Assembly: GCA_041166405.1 (NCBI GenBank)
Contig: JBEEFV010000027.1
Location: 539 to 64,538, forward strand
DNA length: 64,000 nucleotides
Source of the DNA: Actinomycetota bacterium
GTDB lineage: Bacteria > Actinomycetota > Acidimicrobiia > Acidimicrobiales > JACCXE01
Reading direction: 5' to 3'
In this document: piece after piece, positions 18,612 to 30,998 of the stretch
Numbering within the stretch: the first letter of the stretch is position 1
Layout of the letters: each line of letters begins with the position of its first letter
The notes under the pieces: model-generated
Databases searched by the model: none
What the model saw: only the letters and a program-made list of their open reading frames with translations
What the model was told of the DNA's origin: nothing
Program-made: the position numbers and the translations under genes

Positions 18612-19241
18612 GTGTTCCGTAAGTCGCTCGTATTGCTGGTAACAGCGTTTCTGCTCTGCTGCGGTGGCGTCGCGCTCGCGGCGGGCAACGGCAATCCGTG
18701 CGACAACGGCCACGCCGGCGAGCACAACCCGAACTGCACCTACCCCGCGAACAGCTCGACCGTCGTGCGAGACGCCAACGGCAACATCGTCGACGGCACG
18801 CACGGCCTCCACGTCGGCGACCCGATGCACATCGAGTCCGACGGATGGCTGCCGGGCACGCCCGTGGCCTTCGACTTCTTCTCGACCGTGATCCATCTCG
18901 GCGACGTGAACGCCGACAGCACTGGTGTCGTGCGCGCCACGTTCCTCGTACCGAGGGTCGAGCCGGGCATGCACACGCTGCGCCTTTCGGGTCTGGGTGC
19001 CGACGGCCAGCCGCGCGTGGTCGACTATCCGATCTTGGTCCTCGCCGACTCACAGGTGCTCGGCCAAAGCGTCAACAACACAACCGGCGGTGCGCGCTCG
19101 ATCAGTCATTCGGGCGTGTTCGGCAAGACCGGTCTTGACCACGCGCTCGACATCGCCGGCGTCGGCGTGGCCCTTCTCGCGGTTGGTCTCGTGCTCACGC
19201 TCGCCGTGCGGCGGGCGCGAAGCTCCAACACCCTCGCCTAG
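18612..19241 (+). CDS. Secreted protein with signal peptide and C-terminal hydrophobic anchor plus basic tail; function unknown
   Basis: 209 aa, GTG start. N-terminus MFRKSLVLLVTAFLLCCGGVALAA. C-terminus GKTGLDHALDIAGVGVALLAVGLVLTLAVRRARSS. The Ig-like middle region is only a guess. Confidence 0.6.
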   Translation: MFRKSLVLLVTAFLLCCGGVALAAGNGNPCDNGHAGEHNPNCTYPANSSTVVRDANGNIVDGTHGLHVGDPMHIESDGWLPGTPVAFDFFSTVIHLGDVNADSTGVVRATFLVPRVEPGMHTLRLSGLGADGQPRVVDYPILVLADSQVLGQSVNNTTGGARSISHSGVFGKTGLDHALDIAGVGVALLAVGLVLTLAVRRARSSNTLA

Positions 19242-20392
19242 AGCTCCTCGACCGTCACCGCGGTCCCACGCCGAACGACAACGCGCAGCACCACGCGCTC
19301 GGACTCGGCGGTCACGAACGTCAACGTGGCGGCGTCGCCGACGACGCGCCGCTGGGTGACCCGGGCGCCCGTGAGCTTGGCGAACGCCGGGTCTTTCCCG
19401 TCGGCCAGCGACGCTGCCAGCGCGTCGACGACGCCGCGCACCTCGCCAGTGTCGGTCTGGTGGCGTCGCTTGCGTAGCCGCGTGCGCCGCGGCGGGCGGA
19501 TGGCGGCGTCGCGAGCCACTTCGTCGGGTGTCGCGTAGCCGAGCTCGACCAGCAGGTCCCCGGCGGCGCGCGCGACCGCCCGGGCTGCCGCCGCATCGTC
19601 GGCGTGCTTGCGCACGGCGACGCCGGGTGACTGCGGCGACGTGTGCACGGGGGCGCGCCCGAACGACGCGGCCGCGGCGCACAGTGCGTCGTCGTGCGGC
19701 AGGCCCAGGTGATCGAAGATCCGGGCAAGGGCGCCGGGAGTGTCGGCCATGACGTCCTCGTAACGAAGCTCGAGGTACGCCAGCGCGCCGAAATGGGCGC
19801 GGACGTCGCGGACGGCCGCGGCCCACGCGTCCGCGGCCCGGTCAGGGTCGGCAAATTCGGCGTCGGCCCCACCCCAGAGTTCGCGCTGCGACGCCGTGGC
19901 GTCACGGCCGTCGCGGACGATGTGGACGTAACGGGCGTCGGGGTACAGCTCGGCCTGGAGCGCGGCCTGCAGGCGATGGTTCGGCGTCTTCTCGAGAACC
20001 ATCCGCGCGTCCGGTCGCGTGGCATCGCGCTGCGCGACGAAGACGCGGTCGCAAAACGCGCGCGCCGCGCTGACCAACTCCGGCCGCGACACCCACGTCG
20101 ACAGATGCGACATGCCGTTGGGGTGTTCGAAGTTGCGGAAGACCGCCGGGAGGCCTTCGCAAAAGAGGTGGCTCTCGCCGCCCGTCGCCAGCTCGGGGTG
20201 GACGTACAGCAGCTGTTGCAGCCACGTTGTGCCGCTGCGGGGCGCGCCCACGACGAACGCCACGCGTTCGAACAACGGGCTCAACGCGGGATCGAAGGAC
20301 GTGCCGCGTGTCGTCGGGCTGGCGAACGCGTCGTAGATGCTCTCCGGACGCGCCTCCACACGAAAAGCGTAGGTCTGCAAAAGTCTCGGCAT
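19238..20392 (-). CDS. PAPS-dependent sulfotransferase-family protein with ~95-aa C-terminal extension
   Basis: 384 aa. 5-prime-PSB loop VVGAPRSGTTWLQQLL. 3-prime-PB-like HIVRDGRDATAS. The tail after residue ~290 has no motif I recognise. Confidence 0.8.
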   Translation of the reverse strand: MPRLLQTYAFRVEARPESIYDAFASPTTRGTSFDPALSPLFERVAFVVGAPRSGTTWLQQLLYVHPELATGGESHLFCEGLPAVFRNFEHPNGMSHLSTWVSRPELVSAARAFCDRVFVAQRDATRPDARMVLEKTPNHRLQAALQAELYPDARYVHIVRDGRDATASQRELWGGADAEFADPDRAADAWAAAVRDVRAHFGALAYLELRYEDVMADTPGALARIFDHLGLPHDDALCAAAASFGRAPVHTSPQSPGVAVRKHADDAAAARAVARAAGDLLVELGYATPDEVARDAAIRPPRRTRLRKRRHQTDTGEVRGVVDALAASLADGKDPAFAKLTGARVTQRRVVGDAATLTFVTAESERVVLRVVVRRGTAVTVEEL

Positions 20393-21593
20393 GGAAAGCG
20401 TGAAGGTCGACGTCCCGACGGGTGTCGTGCAGGGGGAGTACGACGAGCGCTTCCGGTCGGTCGTCGAAGAGTTCGTGACGAACTACGACGAGCGCGACGA
20501 AGTCGGCGCGTCGTTGTGCGTGTCGTTCGAAGGCGAGAACGTGATCGACGTGTGGGGCGGCGCGGTCGACCGTGAGCTGAGCGCGCCGTGGGAGGCCGAC
20601 ACGATCTCGATCGTGATGAGCTGCACGAAGGGCGCCGTCGCACTGTGCGCCCACGTGCTGGCATCGCAAGGCTTGCTCGACATCGAAGCGCCGGTGCGCG
20701 AGTACTGGCCGGAGTTCGCGTGCAACGGCAAGGAAGACGCGACCGTCCGCATGATGCTCGACCACTCCGTCGGCGTTCCCGCGATCCGCGGCGAATTGCC
20801 GGGCGACTTCATGATTCATTGGGACCAGGTCGTCGATCGCATCGCCGCCGAGGCGCCGTTTTGGGAGCCGGGGACGCGCAACGGCTACCACCTCGTGAAC
20901 TTCGGGTGGACGGTCGGTGAGATCGTGCGGCGCGTCTCGGGCAAGTCGCTCGGCACGTTCTTCCAAGACGCGATCGCCAAGCCGCTCGGGCTCGACTTCT
21001 GGATTGGGCTGCCCGAAGAGCACGAGCCGCGCGTGTCGAACATGATCCAGTCGCCGCCGCCCGACACCGGGGGTCACGTCAGCCGCTTCATGAAGGTGAT
21101 CATGAGCGAGCCGGAATCGGCGACGCGTCACGCGATGGCGAACATGATGAGCCAGACCACGCAGGGCCGCGCCTGGCACGCGGCAGAGATCGGTGGCGGC
21201 GGCGGGATCACGAACGCCCGCGGGTTGTGCGGCATGTACACGCCGCTCGCACTCGGCGGTGGCGGCGTCATCGACCCCGCGACCCTCGAGCGGGCGCGCC
21301 GGTGCTCTGTGGCAACCAACTACGACGCGGTGTTGCAGATCGCGACGCGGTTCGGCCTCGGGTTCATGCTGTCGATGGACAACCGCGACAAGTACGACAA
21401 GGACTCCGTCGTGATCGGCGACCACGCCTTCGGCCACGTCGGAATGGGCGGGTCGATCGGGTTCTGCGATCCGTCGATCGGTTTGGCGATGGGCTACACG
21501 ATGAACCGGATGGGCCCGGGCATCTTGCTCAACGAACGCGGCCAGTCACTCGTCGACGAGGTCTACAAGGTCGCTGCCAGCCCTCGGATATAG
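20391..21593 (+). CDS. Serine hydrolase of the beta-lactamase/family-VIII esterase/DD-peptidase fold
   Basis: 400 aa with an SxxK motif (VMSCTKGAVALCAHVL). Its start abuts the divergent sulfotransferase start. Confidence 0.8.
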   Translation: MESVKVDVPTGVVQGEYDERFRSVVEEFVTNYDERDEVGASLCVSFEGENVIDVWGGAVDRELSAPWEADTISIVMSCTKGAVALCAHVLASQGLLDIEAPVREYWPEFACNGKEDATVRMMLDHSVGVPAIRGELPGDFMIHWDQVVDRIAAEAPFWEPGTRNGYHLVNFGWTVGEIVRRVSGKSLGTFFQDAIAKPLGLDFWIGLPEEHEPRVSNMIQSPPPDTGGHVSRFMKVIMSEPESATRHAMANMMSQTTQGRAWHAAEIGGGGGITNARGLCGMYTPLALGGGGVIDPATLERARRCSVATNYDAVLQIATRFGLGFMLSMDNRDKYDKDSVVIGDHAFGHVGMGGSIGFCDPSIGLAMGYTMNRMGPGILLNERGQSLVDEVYKVAASPRI

Positions 21594-21602
21594 CCTGCGC
21601 TC

Positions 21603-22268
21603 ATGTCGTTGAAGGCCTCGGTGCGCCGGTTCGCGTACTCACACGGCTATAGCCGGTTGCGGTTGGGACACCTCCGCGAAACGTGGATCGACGTCGGCGC
21701 GCACATCGGTGAGACCACGCTCGAGCACGCACGGGCGAACCGCGGCCTCACGGTGTACGCGTTCGAACCGAACTGGAAACTGGCGCGCGCGCTGATGAAC
21801 CGGCTGGACAACTACATCGTGTTGCCGATGGCCGTGTCAACGCACGACGGCGGGTCGGATTTCCTCGTCAACTCGTCCGACGGGTCGAGCTCGCTGCTCG
21901 AGATGACCCAACACGGCAAGCAGGTGTGGTCCGACTACGACCTCAAGGTCGAGGCGCGGGTGAAGACGCCGACCATTCGTCTCGACACGTTCATGAATTT
22001 TGCCGGCATCTCGCAGGTCGACTACTTGAAGGTCGACGCCGAGGGCGCCGACTTGATGGTGATCGAGTCCGCCGGTGACCGCCTGCGCGATATCGCCAAG
22101 ATCAACGCCGAGGTCGACCTGGCCGAGCGCCCGCTGTACGAGGGCGCTCCGACGAAGGCCGAGTTCGTCGCCTTCATGGAAGCGCGCGGGTTCACGCTGT
22201 CGAGTGCGCGCAAGCAAAACCAGGATCGGCAAGAGAACCTCACCTTCGTGCCGTCGCGATCGGTCTGA
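21603..22268 (+). CDS. FkbM-family SAM-dependent methyltransferase
   Basis: 221 aa: WIDVGAHIGETTLEHA, VYAFEPN, IVLPMAVS, DYLKVDAEGADL. Confidence 0.85.
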   Translation: MSLKASVRRFAYSHGYSRLRLGHLRETWIDVGAHIGETTLEHARANRGLTVYAFEPNWKLARALMNRLDNYIVLPMAVSTHDGGSDFLVNSSDGSSSLLEMTQHGKQVWSDYDLKVEARVKTPTIRLDTFMNFAGISQVDYLKVDAEGADLMVIESAGDRLRDIAKINAEVDLAERPLYEGAPTKAEFVAFMEARGFTLSSARKQNQDRQENLTFVPSRSV

Positions 22269-25984
<3,716 letters not shown>

Positions 25985-25996
25985 CGCCGCTTGTCG

Positions 25997-26863
25997 CTAT
26001 GACCGCGGCATGTTTCGCCGCGGCAGCGCATTCTTTGGGCGATCACGGCGGCCGGCGGCCTGTTCCCGGTATGCGAGGGCTTCGAGAGCATTGAGGACGG
26101 CGCCGTCGACGGAGCGCGACACGTAACGCTCTCGATCGCTCAGCGCGTCGGGCGTGATCACGACGACGCGGTCGGCGAGCGCGGCGAGCGGTGACCGGCG
26201 CGCCGAGGTGATGATCGAGACGTCGGCGCCGCGCTCCTTCGCGGCGCGGACGACCCGCAGCACCTCGGGGGTGCGGCCCGACCGCGACAGGGCGAGGACC
26301 GCGCCGGAGTCGTCGAGTTGGCTCGCCGCGGTGAGTTGGGCCTGCGAGTCGGGATACCACCCGACCCGAACCCCGAGGGCCAAGAACCGCAGTGCCGCCA
26401 GACCAAGCAGCGTTCCCGAACCGCCGACGGCCGCGAAGAGCGCGGTTTCGGCGGTGACGAGAGTGCGCGCGATCGCCGCCAACACCTCGGCGTCGACGGC
26501 GTCCGCTGCTGAGACGATGTGCTGCGCGTCACCGAGCATGGACCGGCGCACGAGCGCCGCTTCCTCGGTCACCGCGGGGGCATCGTCGGTACTCGCCACC
26601 GCGATCTTGGCGCCGCTGGCGCGGGCGGCTGCGAGTTTGAGAGCTTCGAAGCCCTCGAACCCGAGGCGCCGTGACGTTCGCACCACGGTCGCCGGGTCGA
26701 CGCCGGCGACGCTGGCAATCGAGGCAGTGGTCTCGCCATCCAACCGGTCGAACCGCGCCAGCAGCACGTCGGCGGCCCGCCGCTCGGCGGGCGGCAGCTC
26801 CAGCGCCTCGGCGCCGAGCCGGTCGAGCGGGAGCTGCAATGGCGTTGCAGCAGCATTTGCCAT
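25997..26863 (-). CDS. RpiR/MurR-family transcriptional regulator (N-terminal HTH plus SIS phosphosugar-binding domain)
   Basis: Track ORF 25997-27481 trimmed to ATG 26863, giving 288 aa. HTH: TASIASVAGVDPATVVRTSRRLGFEGF. SIS: LFAAVGGSG..., LALSRSGRTPEVL, VSIITSARRSPLA. Divergent from purD. Confidence 0.85.
   Translation of the reverse strand: MANAAATPLQLPLDRLGAEALELPPAERRAADVLLARFDRLDGETTASIASVAGVDPATVVRTSRRLGFEGFEALKLAAARASGAKIAVASTDDAPAVTEEAALVRRSMLGDAQHIVSAADAVDAEVLAAIARTLVTAETALFAAVGGSGTLLGLAALRFLALGVRVGWYPDSQAQLTAASQLDDSGAVLALSRSGRTPEVLRVVRAAKERGADVSIITSARRSPLAALADRVVVITPDALSDRERYVSRSVDGAVLNALEALAYREQAAGRRDRPKNALPRRNMPRS
26834..26850. promoter_or_regulatory. 17-bp palindrome CTGCAA-tggcg-TTGCAG (box A), inside the first codons of the RpiR-like gene
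   Basis: Read directly. Perfect 6+6 inverted repeat with a 5-nt spacer, centred 32 bp from box B. Confidence 0.45.
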
Positions 26864-26865
26864 GT

Positions 26866-26882
26866 CTGCAACGTAGTTGCAG
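26866..26882. promoter_or_regulatory. 17-bp palindrome CTGCAA-cgtag-TTGCAG (box B; 7+7 arms CTGCAAC/GTTGCAG) in the rpiR-purD divergent region
   Basis: Read directly. Lies 3 nt upstream of the regulator ATG (26863) and 31 nt upstream of the purD ATG (26913). Shares the 11-nt core AACGTAGTTGC with box C at 56932-56948. Confidence 0.5.
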
Positions 26883-26912
26883 GGGCCCGCGATGGCAACT
26901 ACGCTCGCAGCG

Positions 26913-28130
26913 ATGCGAGTCGTCGTCGTCGGATCGGGAGCGAGGGAGCACGCGCTGTGCGTCGCCCTGTCGCGGACCGCCGACGTGACGTGCACGCCCG
27001 GTTCACCGGGCATCGCAGGCGTCGCGACCTGTGTCGACGACGAGGCCGAGAAGCTCGAGGCCGATCTCTTCGTGATCGGGCCCGAAGCGCCGCTGGTCGA
27101 CGGCCTGGCGGACCGCCTGCGCGCACAGGGCAAGCGCGTCTTCGGTCCGGGCGCGGACGGCGCGCTGCTCGAGGGGTCGAAGGCGTACATGAAGCAGGTC
27201 GTGCGCGACGCCGGCGTGCCGACAGCGCAGTACGAGACGTTCGACGACGCCGACGCCGCCGAGTCGTACCTGCGGTCGTCGACCGGTCCGTACGTGATCA
27301 AGACCGATGGTCTCGCCGCCGGCAAGGGCGTGCTCGTCACCGACGACCTCGACGCCGCGATCACCGACGTGCGCGACAAGCTGTCGGGCGCGACATTCGG
27401 CGGCGCCGGCGCGACGGTCGTGATCGAGGAGTGCATGGCCGGACCCGAGCTGTCGGTCCTCGCCGTGTGCGACGGGCGCAACTACGTCCTGCTCCCCGCG
27501 GCGCAGGACTTCAAGCGCATGTTCGACGGCGACGAGGGCCCGAACACCGGCGGCATGGGGGCCTACTCGCCGGTGCCGGGAGTCGACGTCGACGCCTTGC
27601 AGGTCGGCCCCCTATTCGTCCAGCCGACGCTCGACTATTTGACCGGCCGCGGCGTCGACTACCGCGGCGTGCTCTACGTCGGGCTGATGCTCACGCCCGA
27701 CGGGCCCAAGCTCGTCGAATACAACGTGCGCTTCGGCGACCCCGAGACCGAAGTCGTGGTCCCCGGCATGCAGGGCGATCTTGCGGGGCTGCTGGCGTCA
27801 GCCGCCGACGGCGCGCTCGACCCGTTCGGCGTCGGGCGCCCGCGCGACGCCGCGGTGATCGTGATGATCGCCAGCGACGCACCCGCGGGTGGAGTCATCG
27901 TCGGCGTCGAGAACGCCGACGCCATCGACGGGGTAACCGTGTTTCATGCGCGCACCGAGACGAGGGACGGCGCGCTGGTGACCGCGGGCAGCGGGCGCAT
28001 CCTCGGCGTCGTCGGCCGCGGGCACACGCTGCGCGAGGCCCGCGAGCGCGCCTACGCCGGCGTCAACGAGATCAACCTTCCGGGTGGCTACTACCGGACC
28101 GACATTGCACTGAAAGCGAGTTCACTATGA
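26913..28130 (+). CDS. purD: Phosphoribosylamine-glycine ligase
   Basis: Track ORF 26877-28130 trimmed to ATG 26913 (MRVVVVGSGAREHAL). ATP-grasp blocks: VIKTDGLAAGKGV, VIEECMAGPE. Confidence 0.96.
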   Translation: MRVVVVGSGAREHALCVALSRTADVTCTPGSPGIAGVATCVDDEAEKLEADLFVIGPEAPLVDGLADRLRAQGKRVFGPGADGALLEGSKAYMKQVVRDAGVPTAQYETFDDADAAESYLRSSTGPYVIKTDGLAAGKGVLVTDDLDAAITDVRDKLSGATFGGAGATVVIEECMAGPELSVLAVCDGRNYVLLPAAQDFKRMFDGDEGPNTGGMGAYSPVPGVDVDALQVGPLFVQPTLDYLTGRGVDYRGVLYVGLMLTPDGPKLVEYNVRFGDPETEVVVPGMQGDLAGLLASAADGALDPFGVGRPRDAAVIVMIASDAPAGGVIVGVENADAIDGVTVFHARTETRDGALVTAGSGRILGVVGRGHTLREARERAYAGVNEINLPGGYYRTDIALKASSL

Positions 28131-28576
28131 GCAAGGTTGCGATCCTGATGGGGTCGGCAAACGACGAAGGCAAGATGGCGGGCGCCAAGGAAATGCTCGA
28201 GCGGTTCGGCGTCGAGGTCGACATGCACGTCATGTCCGCCCACCGCAACCCGCACGACGTCGGCAAGTTCGCCACCGGCGCCCGCGACGCCGGTTACTCC
28301 GTGCTCATCGGCGGCGCGGGTCTCGCCGCGCATCTCGCCGGCGTGCTGGCCGCGCACTCGTCGCTGCCGGTCATCGGCGTGCCGCTCAGCGGTGGCATCG
28401 CCAACGGGCTCGACGCGTTGCTCGCCACCGTGCAGATGCCCTCGGGCATCCCGGTGGCCACCGTCGCCGTCGACGGCTCGAAGAACGCCGGGATCCTCGC
28501 GGCGCAGATCATCGGGGTGAGTGACCCGGACGTCGCCAAGAAGATTGATGAGTTCAAGGCGAACGGTGCCCGCTAG
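28127..28576 (+). CDS. purE: N5-carboxyaminoimidazole ribonucleotide mutase (class I PurE-like)
   Basis: 149 aa. The ATG overlaps the purD stop (ATGA). Motifs: [32 protein letters not shown]. No purK in the window. Confidence 0.95.
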   Translation: MSKVAILMGSANDEGKMAGAKEMLERFGVEVDMHVMSAHRNPHDVGKFATGARDAGYSVLIGGAGLAAHLAGVLAAHSSLPVIGVPLSGGIANGLDALLATVQMPSGIPVATVAVDGSKNAGILAAQIIGVSDPDVAKKIDEFKANGAR

Positions 28577-29872
28577 GTGATCAATCGCTACACCCGTCCG
28601 CAGATGGCGGCGCGCTTCGACGACGTCGCGCGCTTCTCGGCGTGGCTCGAGGTCGAGATCCTCGCCGTCGAGGCGTGGGCCAAAATCGGCGTGATCCCGG
28701 GAGCGGACGCCGCGGCCGTGCGCGCCAACGCGCCGAAGGTCGACGAGGAATTCGCCGAAGCGGTCAGCGAGCGCGAACGCACGACCGACCACGACGTGGC
28801 CGCCTTCGTCGACGTCGTGCAAGAGCGTATCGGCGGCACGGCGGCGCCCTGGGTCCACTACGGGCTGACGTCGTCCGACGTCGTCGACACCGCGCAGTGC
28901 TACATGCTCACCGGCGCCGTCGACGCGCTGCTCATCGGCATGGACGCGTTCGTGCGCGCGCTCGTCGACCTCGCCGAGCGCCACCGCGACACGGTGATGG
29001 TCGGACGCACCCACGGGATCCACGCGGAGCCCACGACGTTCGGCGCCAAGGTCGCGCTGTGGGCACTACAAGCCGACCGTGACCGCACGCGCCTGCGCGC
29101 CGCTCGCCAGGCGATCGCCGTCGGGAAGCTGTCGGGGGCGGTCGGCACGTACAGCAACATCGATCCGTCGGTCGAGGAGTACGTGTGCGCCAAGCTCGGG
29201 CTCACCGCTGTCCCGGCCACGCAGGTGATCGCGCGTGATCGCCACGCCGAGTTCCTGTACGCCGTCGCCACCATCGGCGCCACGCTCGAGCTGATCGGCA
29301 CTGAGGTGCGACATCTGCAACGCACGGAAGTGGGCGAGGCGCGCGAGGCGTTCCGCGCCGGCCAGAAGGGTTCGAGCGCGATGCCCCACAAGCGCAACCC
29401 GATCAAGTCGGAGAACCTCACGGGGCTGGCCCGCGTGATGCGCAGCTACATCGGTCCGGGGCTCGAGGACGTGGCGCTGTGGCACGAGCGCGACATCAGC
29501 CACAGTTCGGTCGAGCGCATCGTGCTCGCCGACGCCGCCATCCTCACCGACTACGCCGTGGCGCGGGCCACCGATCTCGTGGCGAACCTCGTCGTCGACG
29601 CCGAGCGCATGCGCGAGAACCTCGACTTGTCCTACGGGCTCGTGTTCAGTCAGCCCGTGCTCCTGTCGCTGGTGGCTGGCGGCATGATGCGCGACGAGGC
29701 GTACCGCATCGTGCAGGGCTGTGCGATGCAGGCCTGGGAGACGCGCACGCCGTTCCGGGCGTTGCTCGAGGAAGCCGGGATCGCGCCCGACGTCCTCGAC
29801 GAGGCGTTCGACCTCACCCGTTCCCTGCGCAACATCGACCGAACTTTCGACGCACTCAAGGAGATCCAATAG
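28577..29872 (+). CDS. purB: Adenylosuccinate lyase
   Basis: 431 aa. The GTG follows directly after the purE stop. Motifs: MINRYTRPQM, GRTHGIHAEPTTFG, GSSAMPHKRNP. Confidence 0.96.
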   Translation: MINRYTRPQMAARFDDVARFSAWLEVEILAVEAWAKIGVIPGADAAAVRANAPKVDEEFAEAVSERERTTDHDVAAFVDVVQERIGGTAAPWVHYGLTSSDVVDTAQCYMLTGAVDALLIGMDAFVRALVDLAERHRDTVMVGRTHGIHAEPTTFGAKVALWALQADRDRTRLRAARQAIAVGKLSGAVGTYSNIDPSVEEYVCAKLGLTAVPATQVIARDRHAEFLYAVATIGATLELIGTEVRHLQRTEVGEAREAFRAGQKGSSAMPHKRNPIKSENLTGLARVMRSYIGPGLEDVALWHERDISHSSVERIVLADAAILTDYAVARATDLVANLVVDAERMRENLDLSYGLVFSQPVLLSLVAGGMMRDEAYRIVQGCAMQAWETRTPFRALLEEAGIAPDVLDEAFDLTRSLRNIDRTFDALKEIQ

Positions 29873-29874
29873 CT

Positions 29875-30756
29875 GTGGCCCGCACCCCCCAATACTCCGG
29901 CAAGGTCCGCGACATCTACGCCGTCGGCGACGACAAGTTCTTGTTCGTCGCCTCCGACAGGCTGTCGGTGTTCGACGTCGTGCTCAACGAGCGCGTGCCC
30001 GACAAGGGCAAGGTGCTGACCGGCATGACGCACTACTGGCTGGGCCAACTCGCCGACCTGGCGCCGAGCCACATGATCACGTGTGACCCTGCGGAGATCG
30101 CCGCGGCGGGTGCGCCGATCGAAGCCGACGACGCCGGGCGCGCCATGCTCGTGAAGAAGGCCGACATGCTCGCCATCGAGTGCATCGTGCGCGGCTACAT
30201 CACGGGTTCAGCGTGGTCCGAGTACAAGAAGTCGGGCACGATGAACGGCAGCCCGTTGCCCGCCGGCATCCAAGAGTCGGAGAAGCTGCCCGAGCCGGTG
30301 TTCACGCCGTCGACCAAGGCCGAGATCGGCGATCACGACGAGAACATCTCCTTCGAGCAGGCCGTCAACATCGTGGGCAAGGAGAACGCCGAGCGCGCGC
30401 GTGACCTGTCGATCACCGCCTACGTGCGGGCGTCGGAGCAAGCGGCGCAGCGCGGCATCATCCTCGCCGACACGAAGTTCGAGCTGGGATTCATCGACGG
30501 CGAGCTGGCGTTCTGCGACGAAGTGCTGACGCCTGACTCGTCGCGCTTCTGGCCCGTCGACGAGTGGAAGCCCGGCATCACACCGCCGTCGTTCGACAAG
30601 CAGCCGGTGCGTGACCTGCTCGCCGCGACCGGGTGGAACAAGGAACCGCCGCCGCCGCCGATTAGTGACGAAGTCGTAACCGAAACACGCGCGCGCTACA
30701 TCGAGGCGTACGAGATGATCACGGGACTCAAGTTCAGCGATTGGTACGGGGCATGA
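29875..30756 (+). CDS. purC: SAICAR synthetase
   Basis: Track ORF 29479-30756 trimmed to GTG 29875 (YSGKVRDIY, ASDRLSVFD, LADTKFELG). Confidence 0.95.
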   Translation: MARTPQYSGKVRDIYAVGDDKFLFVASDRLSVFDVVLNERVPDKGKVLTGMTHYWLGQLADLAPSHMITCDPAEIAAAGAPIEADDAGRAMLVKKADMLAIECIVRGYITGSAWSEYKKSGTMNGSPLPAGIQESEKLPEPVFTPSTKAEIGDHDENISFEQAVNIVGKENAERARDLSITAYVRASEQAAQRGIILADTKFELGFIDGELAFCDEVLTPDSSRFWPVDEWKPGITPPSFDKQPVRDLLAATGWNKEPPPPPISDEVVTETRARYIEAYEMITGLKFSDWYGA

Positions 30757-30998
30757 CGTTCGACGTATTGGTGGAAGTGAAGAATCGTCCGGGCATCGCC
30801 GATCCCGCCGGCGCGACGGTCGAGAAGTCGCTGCCGACGCTCGGGTTCACCGACGTGTCGGGGGTGCACATCGGCAAAGCGATCCGGCTCAAGATCGAAG
30901 CCGACAGTGAGGACGCGGCGCGCGCCCGCGTCGAAGACCTGTGCGCCCGCTTCCTCACCAATCCCGTGATTGACGACGCGGTGATCTCCTTTTCATGA
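30753..30998 (+). CDS. purS: FGAM synthase PurS subunit
   Basis: ATG 30753 overlaps the purC stop (ATGA). 81 aa: MTFDVLVEVKNRPGIADPAGATVEKSL. Confidence 0.9.
   Translation: MTFDVLVEVKNRPGIADPAGATVEKSLPTLGFTDVSGVHIGKAIRLKIEADSEDAARARVEDLCARFLTNPVIDDAVISFS

Noticed and set aside
19140-19241. A canonical LPXTG/LAXTG sortase signal in the 209-aa surface protein.
   Set aside because: The pentapeptide before the hydrophobic tail is FGKTG, with no L-P or L-A at positions 1-2. I report only the architecture, as a low-interest observation.
26864-27481. N-terminal 206 codons of track ORF 25997-27481. The same kind of long 5-prime extension occurs on ORFs 6301, 7402, 12533, 15804, 22296, 23615, 29479, 31978, 34037, 38520, 49555 and 55060-56568.
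   Set aside because: The extensions are Arg-rich nonsense that overlaps the neighbouring real genes. In each case an internal ATG, GTG or TTG sits at or next to the upstream stop and opens a recognisable family N-terminus.
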